From positions 1-64,000 of the forward strand of contig DASPSR010000065.1 in NCBI GenBank assembly GCA_035623825.1: a DNA stretch of 64,000 bases, given 5' to 3'. The notes beneath the pieces were generated by a model, which saw nothing but the letters and a program-made list of their open reading frames with translations, was not told the DNA's origin and searched no databases. The translations under genes were made by a program, and so were the position numbers. Numbering within the stretch: position 1 is the first letter of the stretch; each line of letters opens with the position of its first letter. This stretch comes from Nitrospirota bacterium. GTDB lineage: Bacteria > Nitrospirota > UBA9217. Positions 30,806 through 40,676 of the stretch are shown piece by piece.

Positions 30806-33800
30806 TCAGCTGTCAAGCGCAAGATTCACCACCTCCAGAAGGGTATTAACAGCGAAAGGTTTTATGATGAAGTTCAATCCCTCATCGGGGACCCCTTTTC
30901 CCTGTACGCGGTCTGCCTCATATTCGCTCACAAATATCGCCTTGACAGCGGGTTTCATGCCCTTTATCTCTTCAAATAACTCTTTGCCGTTCTTCTTCGA
31001 CATCATCACATCAGAAATGAGGAGTCGAATCTTATCCCTGTTCTCCGTGAATTTTTTCAGGGCGTCCTCCCCGTCCTGCGCCATGATGACCGCAAACCCG
31101 AATTCCTGAAGCATATCTCTGATCAATCCCCTGATGGCCTCATCTTCGCCTGCAACGAGAATGGTTTTTCTAGTTTCTGCGGCAGAAACCTCATCCCTAA
31201 TGGCTTCGCCATCTTCAGCCACAGGTATGGCCTCCCTGTCCTCTGCGGTGGAAACCGGCTCCCCGGCGGCATCGTCTTCGCTCTCCACAGGAACGGCCTC
31301 CCTGTCCTCTGCCATGGAAACCAGCTCCCCGGCGGCATCGTCTTCGCTCTCCACAGGAACGGCCTCCCTGTCCTCTGCCATGGAAACCAGCTCCCCTGCG
31401 GCATCGTCTTCGCTCTCCACAGGAACGGCCTCCCTGTCCCCTGCGGCGGGGAACGCGTCAGCCGGTGTCGATTCCGAAATTTCTGCCTTAACAGCGGGAA
31501 GATAGATCACGAATGTTGTTCCCTTGCCGACCTCGCTCACAACATCGATATATCCGTTGTGCTGTTTTACCATGCCGTACACCATTGCGAGCCCCATCCC
31601 CTTGCCGGATTCTTCGGCCTTCAAGAACGGCTCGTATATCTTTTGCCTGGTCTTCTCATCCATGCCGGTGCCGGAATCTGATATGAAAATCATCGCATAT
31701 TTCCCCGGCCTGCTCCCGGGGTGCGTCCTGACGAACTCATCGTCCAGATCGACAACGTCGGTATCAATATGCAGGGTGCCGCCGTCCGGCATTGAGTTCC
31801 GGGCGTTGGTGACGAGCTGTATCAAGGCCTGCTCGATCTGCCCGGAGTCAGCCTGAACTGTGGCGTCCTTGTCGGTCAGGTCGGCCATGAGCCAAACGTC
31901 CTCGCCGACCAACTGTGCGAGGGACGGCCCCAGCTTATTTATTATTTCGTTGATGTCCACCGGCTGATGATTGCCGATCTGCTTCCCGCCCTCCGCCTGC
32001 AGATCCCGCGACTGCTGTTCGGCGCTGCTCGCCTGAGAGAGGGTTTGATCGACATCATTCCGGAGACGATCATCAGGCGGCGACATCGTCATGTTCAGCA
32101 GGTCCTCGTAGCCGATGCTTGCCCTTGGGATATTATCAACATCGCCGGTGATGCCTCCCGTGAGGACACCGCTGGGTTCCCTGCTTATTGTCTGCCGAAG
32201 CTGGTCCTCCAATTGTTTGCGTTCCGAGATGTCCAGACCAACTCCCACGAGGTACGTTTTGGTATCCCTGCTCATTCGGTGTCCTGATAAAAGGAAAGGT
32301 ATCGCCATTCCGCTCTTTGTCGTCAGCCTCGCTTCCACCGCGGCACTGCCGGTGTTGAATACTTGCTCCATGGCCTTAGCAACGGTTTCCCGGTCCTCCC
32401 TGAAGAGATCGAGCACGTTCATGTGCATCAGTTCATCGACGGAATATCCGGTCACTTCTTTCCCATTGTCGTGCCATCGGGTCAGCCTGCCGCTCTCATC
32501 GCAGATCCAGAATATGCCTGGGAAACTTCTGATGACTGCATCAGAAAAGCTCTTCTCCTGGAGGATCGCCTCCCTGGTATGCTCGCGCTCGGTGACGTCT
32601 ATGCCGGTAAGAATGACGAACTCAACCGACCCGTCCGGAGCGAGAAGCACGGTATCTGACCACGCGATGTGCTTCCTGCTGCCGTCTTTGGCAACCCAGA
32701 GGTTCTCGTGCTTAATCGGATACATCCCCGCAATAAGATTCTTGAAGGTCTTCCTGATCGATTCTATCTGCTCCGTGGGCAGCAGGAAGTCCCAGACTTG
32801 CTTGCCCTGTGCCTCTTCAAAGGTGTATCCGGAAGCCTCCTCACAGGCCCGGTTGAAGTGGACGATCTTCCCCTGCCGGTTGAGGACCAGGACCATAGAG
32901 CCGGTGGTCTCCAACACTGCGGCGGTGAAGTCAAGCTCTCTCTTGAGCGCCTCTTCCGTTCTCTTCCATTCGGTGGTGTCATTTAGTGTTTCGATGACAA
33001 CGGACAACTCGCCTCTGCTGTTGTAGACAGGGGCCGCGTCGATGACGATATACCGCTCCATTCCGTTCAGGTTCTGATACCAGCCTTCCGCCTGAAATCC
33101 GTTCGTGATAAAAGCAGAGCGCTTGAAAGTACCAAAGAGGGAAGGCAGCTGGCCAAAGGCGCCATCAATGATGATATCAGCGAGTGTGGGCCGTTTTTTT
33201 TCATAGAACACTTTCCAGTGACTGTCGGTGCCCACGATATCCATGGCGGGAATTCCCGTCAGCTCTTCACAGGCGCGGTTCCAGAGCACGACAGTGTGCC
33301 GATCATTCAGCACAAAGGTAGCAGTCGCGGAATTTGCCACAATGTCAGCTGCATATCTCTTCTGTTCGAGGATCTCCTCTTCGGCCTGTTTGCGCGCGGT
33401 AAAATCGCGGGCGATCCCGAGCAAGGCGATTATTTCATCCTCATCATCGCGCAGCGGAACAGCATGCATCTCCAGCCAGAGCCGTCGTCCTCTGATACCC
33501 ATTATCTCAAAGGTGAGAGCGGCCCGTTTGCCCTCGAAGACTTCTTTGGCAATCTTTCTGAAGGTGTTGCGGTATGCCGGCAAAACAAGCGGATAGATCG
33601 ATCTGCCTTTCACCTGCTCGAAATCATCCGCCTGGATCATGGAGAGACCTGCTCGATTCACCATCATGAAGTCGCCCGCTGCATCAATGAGCGTGATACA
33701 CTCGGGTTCAGTCTCGACGACCGCCTGAATGAACTTCTTGTTCCTGTTCAGCTCCGCCTCTATCTGCCCGCGACCGGTGATATCGTGGACCATGGTAAGG

Positions 33801-34183
33801 ACGCCGACGACCTTCCCTCCTGCATTGCGGAGCGGCGTGTTGTACCATTCGCAGATGAGCTGTTTCCCGTCCCTGGAGATGTTTTTCTTCACCGAGCTCG
33901 TCGATTCACCGTCCCTCAGGAGCTGTTCCCACATCGCATTGGCGGACGGCTGCATATCCGGAGGCACAATCAGCTTATGGGCATGTTTCCCTCGCGCCTC
34001 ATTAGCCGACCACCCGAAGATCATCTCTGCGGCGGCGTTCCACCCTTGAACGTGGAATTTGCTGTCCCAGACGATGTAGCCGTGTAGCATGTTATTTTTA
34101 GCAATATTCTGCTTTGCATTATTACGGCCATACGGTCTTTCTTTTTGTCCATGCCTGCTTTGTGCCATACGATAAAACTCCAA
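30806..34183 (-). CDS. Cytoplasmic multi-PAS hybrid histidine kinase-like protein with degenerate H-box (pseudokinase) and receiver domain
   Basis: About 5 PAS domains; GGITGDVDNIP in place of GGIAHDFNNIL; eroded ATP lid; 22-aa acidic repeats; receiver LISDVMM...KPF; start uncertain. Confidence 0.8.
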   Translation of the reverse strand: MEFYRMAQSRHGQKERPYGRNNAKQNIAKNNMLHGYIVWDSKFHVQGWNAAAEMIFGWSANEARGKHAHKLIVPPDMQPSANAMWEQLLRDGESTSSVKKNISRDGKQLICEWYNTPLRNAGGKVVGVLTMVHDITGRGQIEAELNRNKKFIQAVVETEPECITLIDAAGDFMMVNRAGLSMIQADDFEQVKGRSIYPLVLPAYRNTFRKIAKEVFEGKRAALTFEIMGIRGRRLWLEMHAVPLRDDEDEIIALLGIARDFTARKQAEEEILEQKRYAADIVANSATATFVLNDRHTVVLWNRACEELTGIPAMDIVGTDSHWKVFYEKKRPTLADIIIDGAFGQLPSLFGTFKRSAFITNGFQAEGWYQNLNGMERYIVIDAAPVYNSRGELSVVIETLNDTTEWKRTEEALKRELDFTAAVLETTGSMVLVLNRQGKIVHFNRACEEASGYTFEEAQGKQVWDFLLPTEQIESIRKTFKNLIAGMYPIKHENLWVAKDGSRKHIAWSDTVLLAPDGSVEFVILTGIDVTEREHTREAILQEKSFSDAVIRSFPGIFWICDESGRLTRWHDNGKEVTGYSVDELMHMNVLDLFREDRETVAKAMEQVFNTGSAAVEARLTTKSGMAIPFLLSGHRMSRDTKTYLVGVGLDISERKQLEDQLRQTISREPSGVLTGGITGDVDNIPRASIGYEDLLNMTMSPPDDRLRNDVDQTLSQASSAEQQSRDLQAEGGKQIGNHQPVDINEIINKLGPSLAQLVGEDVWLMADLTDKDATVQADSGQIEQALIQLVTNARNSMPDGGTLHIDTDVVDLDDEFVRTHPGSRPGKYAMIFISDSGTGMDEKTRQKIYEPFLKAEESGKGMGLAMVYGMVKQHNGYIDVVSEVGKGTTFVIYLPAVKAEISESTPADAFPAAGDREAVPVESEDDAAGELVSMAEDREAVPVESEDDAAGELVSMAEDREAVPVESEDDAAGEPVSTAEDREAIPVAEDGEAIRDEVSAAETRKTILVAGEDEAIRGLIRDMLQEFGFAVIMAQDGEDALKKFTENRDKIRLLISDVMMSKKNGKELFEEIKGMKPAVKAIFVSEYEADRVQGKGVPDEGLNFIIKPFAVNTLLEVVNLALDS
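31221..31445. repeat. 66-bp in-frame tandem repeat, about 3.4 copies
   Basis: CCTCCCTGTCC recurs at 31231, 31297, 31363 and 31429; encodes REAVPVESEDDAAGELVSMAED. Confidence 0.95.
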
Positions 34184-34448
34184 AAATACAAAAACTTATA
34201 TAAAACGTTACCAAAAGAAACACTTATTTGCTATTTCATGTATGATTATTTGTTCAAAAGATGTACTTCTTAAGTATAACACATAAGATATTACTTTAGT
34301 AATAAAATCGTACTGATACAGGTGAATATAAATTAGGCAAGAAGCCAGTGGCCTGCTCACATTTGGGCAAGAATTGCTGCACGATTCACTTTGATCAATA
34401 CAAAAAAACTTGGTTTGGCGGGATGCTCTTACAGGTACGGAGACCGCA

Positions 34449-35204
34449 TCAAGGAATTATCCTCTTCCTCATAAGCCTGAACGGGAAAGGCGCAAGCAGA
34501 CTGACCACAACGATGATCCAGACCGTGCTCCAGACCGAGCCGGTGAACGTTCCTTCCGAGAACGTCCTGCAGATGTTCACAAGGTGGTAGAGCGGCGTAA
34601 AGACGGCGATGTCGGTGACCAGGTGTGGCATGGCATCGAGCGGGAAAAAGATGCCCGAGAACAGGAACATTGGCGTCATGAAGAGGGTATAGAAGTAGCT
34701 GAATGAATCGATTCCCGGCACGATAGCGGCAAAGATGACGGAAATCTCCGCGAAGATAAGGCCGCACAGGAATATGAGCGGGATTGCGAGTACGATGAGC
34801 GGGGAATCCACGAGACCGAAGAAGGCGATTACAATGGTGATGGTGATCCCGAATATCACGCTTTTGGTTGCGCCCCATATCAGCTCTCCGGCCACAAGGT
34901 CATCGAGGTTCACCGGCGTGGCGAGGATCGCATCGAAGGTCTTCTGGAACGTCATCCTGATGTACGTGCCATAGGTGCATTCATACACCGCTGCGAACAT
35001 GGACGAAGAGGCGATGATCCCCGGCGCAATAAACCTTATGTACGGCTGGCCATGAATGTCCTTCACGAACGTACCGAGCCCGAGCCCCATGGCCACCAGA
35101 TAGAGGGCAGGCTCCGCGAAATTGAGGGCGAAGCTTGTCTTATAGAGCTTGGTATACACAGTCCAGTGGCGCTGCCATACCCTGAAAGCCCTCTTAATCT
35201 GCAA
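34449..35204 (-). CDS. ABC-2 exporter permease (NodJ-like)
   Basis: EPALYL..G.GLG, FIAPG, QKTFDAILATP, PMFLFSGIFFP. Confidence 0.9.
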   Translation of the reverse strand: MQIKRAFRVWQRHWTVYTKLYKTSFALNFAEPALYLVAMGLGLGTFVKDIHGQPYIRFIAPGIIASSSMFAAVYECTYGTYIRMTFQKTFDAILATPVNLDDLVAGELIWGATKSVIFGITITIVIAFFGLVDSPLIVLAIPLIFLCGLIFAEISVIFAAIVPGIDSFSYFYTLFMTPMFLFSGIFFPLDAMPHLVTDIAVFTPLYHLVNICRTFSEGTFTGSVWSTVWIIVVVSLLAPFPFRLMRKRIIP

Positions 35205-35925
35205 GACTCCTCCCGGTCAGTATGAGATAGACGTCCTCAAGGTTCCCTCCGTGCGCAGCCATAAGGTTCGCTGGTGTGTCCACGGCAACGATCCTGCCTG
35301 AATCCATGATCGCTACACGGTCGCACAGTTTTTCAGCCTCTTCCATGTAGTGTGTTGTGAGCAGGAGGGTGGTGTTCTGGAACTTGAGGTGGTTCAGCTT
35401 GTCCCACACCGCGCGTCTGCTGTGCGGGTCGAGGCCGGTCGTGGGCTCGTCGAGGATCAGGAGGTCGGGGTTGTTGACGAGGGCCCGGGCGAGCAGAAGC
35501 CGGTGCTTCATTCCGCCCGAAAGTTGTTCGATCTTCACATCCGCCTTGTCCTGGAGTTCGACGAACTCGAGGAGTACCCGGGCTAGGCGGACAGCGTCTT
35601 TTTTCTGGATATCGAAATACCGCGCATACACCATCAGGTTCTCAAAAACAGAGAGGTCGGGGTCGAGGTTATTGTCCTGAGGCATGATGCCGATTCGTGA
35701 TTTTACCAGACTCGGATGCATGGTCACATCCATGCCGAATACGGTGACCGATCCGGCCGTTGGCGGCAGGAAGCACGAGATGATGCGCATCACGGTGGTC
35801 TTGCCGGCCCCGTTCGGGCCGAGGAACCCGAAACATTCTCCCTGCCTGATTGCGATATCGACTCCATCGACGGCCCGAAGGCCGTTATAGTCTTTGATGA
35901 GGCCCTGTGCTTTAACGATGTCCAA
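35194..35925 (-). CDS. ABC exporter ATP-binding protein (NodI-like)
   Basis: GPNGAGKTT, LSGGM, LILDEPTTGLDP, TTHYMEEAE. Confidence 0.93.
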   Translation of the reverse strand: MDIVKAQGLIKDYNGLRAVDGVDIAIRQGECFGFLGPNGAGKTTVMRIISCFLPPTAGSVTVFGMDVTMHPSLVKSRIGIMPQDNNLDPDLSVFENLMVYARYFDIQKKDAVRLARVLLEFVELQDKADVKIEQLSGGMKHRLLLARALVNNPDLLILDEPTTGLDPHSRRAVWDKLNHLKFQNTTLLLTTHYMEEAEKLCDRVAIMDSGRIVAVDTPANLMAAHGGNLEDVYLILTGRSLAD

Positions 35926-35997
35926 CGGTGATCCCTTAACTTCTCTGCATGGAGCACGGCATGGGGAGTCTCAGCCCTCTGCCCGGTGCACCGTGTG

Positions 35998-36897
35998 CTA
36001 ACCCACAGTTGCACAGTTTCTGCCGGCATCCTTGCTCTCATACATGAGCTGGTCGACCCTTTTGAGGATTGACGCTATGTCGTCATCCCTGCGGGCAATC
36101 GTCGCGCCGAGGGAAATGGTCACGCGGAGGCCCGGCACGGCAGGAATGCTCGATTCTTCGACGAGCGCACGGAACCGGTTTGCTGTTGCCAAAAGCTCTT
36201 CTCCGCCGACGTTTGCGATCACTGCGATAAATTCCTCGCCGCCCCAGCGGCCTACAACATCGAAGGAACGCACGCTGTTCTGGAGCGTTTTTGAGACCAT
36301 TTTCAACACCTCATCGCCGGTATCATGCCCGAATCGGTCATTGACATCCTTAAACCGGTCAATATCGATGAATATAACGCCAAAAGCCCAGTTATACCGG
36401 TCGAGTTCCTCGAAACGGCTGTTCAAGGTAATCTCAGCATAGCGCCGGTTTGCCAGGCCGGTGAGTGGATCGATATATGCCAGCTGCTCGAACTCCGCGA
36501 CCCTCTCAAGCGCCGCAACGGCGGGCGTGTTGTCGCTAAAGATCTCGACACCTCCTACTATCTCACCGTGATCGTCGCTTATCGGGGCGACGCGGACGGT
36601 TATGGGTACGCGGTGCCCGTCTTTGTGATGAAGAAAGACTTTTGTGCTCCGCTCGGCACCGTCGGCGATGGTGTCCGCCAGCGGACATCCTCCCCTACAC
36701 AGGACGTTGCCCTCATTATCGACATGCATGAGGATAGCGTCGGAGCACCGCTTGCCGACCACCTCGGCGCTCGCATACCCCGTGATCCTCTCGGCACCCC
36801 GGTTCCAGTAGGTAATCCTCCGGTCCCTGTCCACGAAATACACGCCGTCATACAGGTTGTCGAGGAGCGTTTTGTAGAAGCCGTCGTCAGCCTTCAT
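35998..36897 (-). CDS. PAS-GGDEF diguanylate cyclase
   Basis: PAS/PAC; DPLTGLANRR; DIDRFKDVNDRFGHDTGD; RSFD I-site; GGEEF. Confidence 0.93.
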   Translation of the reverse strand: MKADDGFYKTLLDNLYDGVYFVDRDRRITYWNRGAERITGYASAEVVGKRCSDAILMHVDNEGNVLCRGGCPLADTIADGAERSTKVFLHHKDGHRVPITVRVAPISDDHGEIVGGVEIFSDNTPAVAALERVAEFEQLAYIDPLTGLANRRYAEITLNSRFEELDRYNWAFGVIFIDIDRFKDVNDRFGHDTGDEVLKMVSKTLQNSVRSFDVVGRWGGEEFIAVIANVGGEELLATANRFRALVEESSIPAVPGLRVTISLGATIARRDDDIASILKRVDQLMYESKDAGRNCATVG

Positions 36898-37111
36898 GGC
36901 GAATACCCTCGAGTTCGCTCAAGATCCGTTCCACTTTATCCCTGATATGCATACTCTTCCCATGGAAGAGCTCCATCTTCTGCGCCTCATGCCGTGCGTG
37001 CGCGAGCTCCCGTTCGAGCTCTCTGACGCGCCTGGCGAGCGTCCGGTTCTCATTCATAATGGTCTGCACCCGTTTTTCCACCTCGGCAAATCTGGCTTCC
37101 AGGTCTTTCAA
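36887..37111 (-). CDS. ZapB-like coiled-coil cell-division protein
   Basis: 74-aa coiled coil, F..VEKRV...EN..L...IRDKVERILSEL; TTG start after a purine-rich RBS. Confidence 0.55.
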   Translation of the reverse strand: MKDLEARFAEVEKRVQTIMNENRTLARRVRELERELAHARHEAQKMELFHGKSMHIRDKVERILSELEGIRHEG

Positions 37112-37286
37112 GTTGTCTTTCCCCCAATAGATCGCGACGAAGATGAGAACCCTGCGCTGCAACCGGAAAGGCCCGGATCGATACGTCCGCGGCCTGGAAG
37201 CAACGCGTGCAGGCTTTTAAAAAAACTTGATACAAGAATGGCAGATTTTCCTTGCTTCCTTTGTCTTTACGGCAAATTCCTGTCCC

Positions 37287-39680
37287 TCACGGCGTCTGCG
37301 CCCCGGCGCCGCTGGCCATAGAGCCCATGCTTTTTTCGAGGCCTGCCGGGGCAAGAGACGTCGTAAGGCTTGTCTTCCCGTAGATCCGCTTGTACTCCGC
37401 GTAGTTCCGGAGCACCTTCTTCACGTACCCCCTGGTCTCGGAGAAGGGGATGGACTCAACGAACTCATCCCGTTCGGCGCCTTGGCCGTTTCTGCTGAGC
37501 CACGATGCTACCGCATCAGGCCCGGCATTGTATGCCGCGGTGACAGAGAGCACATCTCCCTTGAACCGTTTCATGAGGTAGCCGATGTACCAGGTACCGA
37601 GGTTGATTGCTGTGTCTGAGTCAAAGAGCTTGGCCCGGTCGAATCCCGGCATTCTGATTGCCTCGGCGACCCATTCGCCCGTCGACGGCATAATCTGCAT
37701 GACGCCCCGTGCGCCGGCCGGAGATAGGGCGTCGGCGGAGAACTGGCTTTCCTCCCGGATGATCGCTGCGATGAAGAACGGGTCCTGGCCGTATTTCCGT
37801 GAATAGGAAACGATGCTGTCCCAGTAGCCCTGGGGATAGGCGAGCAGCCAGAAGTCCTGGGGCGTTTCCCGTGCTTCTCCGTCTAGATAGCGCTCATAGT
37901 TGCGCAGCACGAGGATCAAGGAACGGTGATAATCCCCGAGCTCGAAGAACGTCTTGCTCAGGCCGAGGAGCACGCGGCGCTTCCTGGGCAGCCCGTCCTG
38001 AAGCGACCAGAGCTCGGCAGCCGCTTCCCTCTTCATGCCGAGATACATGAGATCCAACGATTTTTCGAACAACGGTTCAGTAGACAGCGTCTTCAACGCC
38101 TCTGCGGTCCAGACCGGCGGACCGGCCGTGTCTTGCTGATCCGGTGCGGCGGCATCGGGATATTCCGGGACATCATTCGCTTCGACATCCGCGGAATCCG
38201 CGGCGGCAAGAACCGCGAGATCGGCATTTAGAAGCCGTTCGGACGCGCGGTACCCGTAGTAGGTATATGGGGCCCTCTTGACGACTTTTCCGAAATACAT
38301 TGCCGCCCGCGAGGCATTTCCCCGCTTTTCCGCCGCCCTACCCTGCCAGTAGCGCGCCTGGTTCACGAGGAATGACCGGGGATACCGGGTGACTAGTTCC
38401 TGGAGGGTTTGCTCGGTCCTCTTGTAATCCCCCGCAGTGTAGAATGCCCACGCCTTCCACCATATCGCGCTGTCGGCAAATTTGCTTTCGGGATATTCCG
38501 CCGCGAGACGCTCGTAGAACGTCAGTGCCTTTTTCATGTCGTTCGCTTCACGATACATGTTTCCGAGGAGGAAGAGCGCGTCATCGGCCCACTCGCTTTC
38601 GCGGTAAGACTCGAGAATTTTTTGAAATGCCTTGACGCCTTTCTCACGATCGCCGAGCCTGCCGTACGACTTCCCGGTCCAGTACAGTGCTTCGGGAACC
38701 CGATGGTCATGGGGATGATCCTGCACCATTTTTTCGAGCGTGGCTGTGGCCTCCGAACTCCTGCCGAGATTGAACTGGGCTATGCCGGTCCGGAACAAGA
38801 CATCGGCTCTATTCGGATACGCGGGGTCCATCGCCAAAACCCTCGTGAACGTTTCGATCGCCTTTGCCTGCTGGTTAGTCCTGAAGAGATTTTTCCCCCG
38901 TTCGTACAGCTCATCAGAGGCGATCTCCGGGACTTCGACGCCTCCCGCCCTGAGTTCGGCAAGCGCCTTTTCGACCTCCTGGTCAGCGGGGTCCCCGGGG
39001 TATCTTATCCAGACGTCCTGGTATGCACGGACGGCACGGGCGAGGTCGGCTTCCGCCGTCAGTGCCCTGCCGAGGCCGATGCCGGAGTCAGGGCAAAATT
39101 CGGAGTCCGGATTGTCCCTGAGAAATTTTTCAAAAGACTCGGCTGCTGCAGCGTATGCATAGGATTCGAGAAGGGCGAGGGCCTGCCTGTACGAAGAACG
39201 AACTGTCAGATTGCTTTCCGGATAGCGCTCCGCCATGTGCTGATAAAGTGCAGCCGCTTCGGTATACCGCGCCTTGGCAAAATGGTAGTCTGCCAGGATC
39301 GAGACGGCATAGTCGCCCAATTCAGGATACTCGGACTGGACACGGAGCATTGCTGCATCGGCTTCGGAGGGCCTGTCCATCTGGATGAGCGCCTGCTCGG
39401 CGAGAAACAGCGACCGCTTATACCAGGGAGTGCCCGGGTACTCATCGGTCAACTGCCGTGAGATGGAAAACGCGTCACCCCACCTTCCCGCCTTGTACGC
39501 ATCGACAGCTGACCTCAGTCCTTGTTCGGGATCGGTCATTGATGAAGAAGTGGTGAATTCCGGCGAGGGACGGGGTGTGGCGACATCGGCAGTATTCAGG
39601 AGGGGGGTCGCTTTTTTGGCAGCACAGGCTGTCAAAGAGACGATCACGAACACCAGGAGGATCTTTCTTGATAAGTGCAT
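37287..39680 (-). CDS. TPR-containing soluble lytic transglycosylase lipoprotein (Slt70-like)
   Basis: LTAC lipobox; many TPRs; IIREES, GARGVMQIMP, AAYNAG, ETRGYVKKV. Confidence 0.92.
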   Translation of the reverse strand: MHLSRKILLVFVIVSLTACAAKKATPLLNTADVATPRPSPEFTTSSSMTDPEQGLRSAVDAYKAGRWGDAFSISRQLTDEYPGTPWYKRSLFLAEQALIQMDRPSEADAAMLRVQSEYPELGDYAVSILADYHFAKARYTEAAALYQHMAERYPESNLTVRSSYRQALALLESYAYAAAAESFEKFLRDNPDSEFCPDSGIGLGRALTAEADLARAVRAYQDVWIRYPGDPADQEVEKALAELRAGGVEVPEIASDELYERGKNLFRTNQQAKAIETFTRVLAMDPAYPNRADVLFRTGIAQFNLGRSSEATATLEKMVQDHPHDHRVPEALYWTGKSYGRLGDREKGVKAFQKILESYRESEWADDALFLLGNMYREANDMKKALTFYERLAAEYPESKFADSAIWWKAWAFYTAGDYKRTEQTLQELVTRYPRSFLVNQARYWQGRAAEKRGNASRAAMYFGKVVKRAPYTYYGYRASERLLNADLAVLAAADSADVEANDVPEYPDAAAPDQQDTAGPPVWTAEALKTLSTEPLFEKSLDLMYLGMKREAAAELWSLQDGLPRKRRVLLGLSKTFFELGDYHRSLILVLRNYERYLDGEARETPQDFWLLAYPQGYWDSIVSYSRKYGQDPFFIAAIIREESQFSADALSPAGARGVMQIMPSTGEWVAEAIRMPGFDRAKLFDSDTAINLGTWYIGYLMKRFKGDVLSVTAAYNAGPDAVASWLSRNGQGAERDEFVESIPFSETRGYVKKVLRNYAEYKRIYGKTSLTTSLAPAGLEKSMGSMASGAGAQTP

Positions 39681-39835
39681 GCGCCTTCCCGTTACGGATG
39701 GTGTGCATCGTTGTACGGTGATCTGTACTTTTACATAATATAGGGAGCAGCTTGGCCTGTCAATAGGAGTTCTTGATGGAAAGCACCGCCCTGTCCGTAA
39801 GAATACCAGCCCTGTTCAAGCTTCAGCTGAAGATT

Positions 39836-40531
39836 TCATGTGCGGCTCAGAAAGCGGGGAAGCTGTTTTCGAGCAGTCGTGAGACGGAGGTAAAAGCGTT
39901 CCTCAGGCGAGGTCGCAGTCCCGGAATTTTCAACGGAAGGTGGCGTGTCCGGGCTGTACACCAGCATGTGGAACGCAATGGAGGTGACGGGCTTGTCGGG
40001 AAGCGGCTGCAGCTCCACTTCATTCACGAACTCGACCCATCGGTCGGCCATCCTGATATAGACGTCTGTGTCCTGATCCCGGAGATAATCTGCGACGGTT
40101 TTTGCAGGTGCGGGAACGAGTCCTATGCAGACATTGCACTCGGGCAGAACGATATGTGATCGTCCGTTGTCAAATACCCTGCCGAGCGGGAAAAGCCGGC
40201 ACGCGAGAGGCCGGGCACGATAGATGCGGCACCCCGTCTCGGTCCAGAAGTGACAGGCAGGATCGCGCGGCAGCATCACGAGCGGGAATCCGTTCAGGCG
40301 GTCCGTTTCGACAACGTCGAGCAGATCTTCGTAGGTCATATCGCTTTCCCGGCAGATCAGAGCGATTTCGTAGGGATTGAGCACAATCGGCGCACCCGAC
40401 CTGCAGCAGTTTGAGCTGCATCCGCCGCTCCCGCACGACAGCTGCAGGGGATCGGTTTGCGAGAGTTGCCGGGCATCGGCTCCGCCCACGCGTATGGAAG
40501 TGGATAAATGGTTCGGCATCGGCAATCTCAT
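39836..40531 (-). CDS. YkgJ-family cysteine-cluster protein
   Basis: C...C...CC; CHFW...GCRIYRARPLACRLFP. Confidence 0.85.
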   Translation of the reverse strand: MRLPMPNHLSTSIRVGGADARQLSQTDPLQLSCGSGGCSSNCCRSGAPIVLNPYEIALICRESDMTYEDLLDVVETDRLNGFPLVMLPRDPACHFWTETGCRIYRARPLACRLFPLGRVFDNGRSHIVLPECNVCIGLVPAPAKTVADYLRDQDTDVYIRMADRWVEFVNEVELQPLPDKPVTSIAFHMLVYSPDTPPSVENSGTATSPEERFYLRLTTARKQLPRFLSRT

Positions 40532-40676
40532 GATTCAGACAAGCTGGGCGCAGGTGTATGCAGCATGTCAGCGGTCAACCCTCGGTGGTTTGATTCCAGA
40601 TAAAGCCATTTGCTTGAGATTCTAATCCGCGTATCCTGCGCTCCCCGGGTCCTGTGAGGTTCTTGCTTTTCTCTTT

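Noticed and set aside
20119-35966. Shared 16-mer GGAGCACGGCATGGGG at 20119 and 35951
   Set aside because: Short and resembles generic intergenic heptamer-type repeats; no further homology on either side
35998-36897. Hypr-type cGAMP synthase
   Set aside because: The specificity Asp (GHDTGD) is canonical for c-di-GMP synthesis
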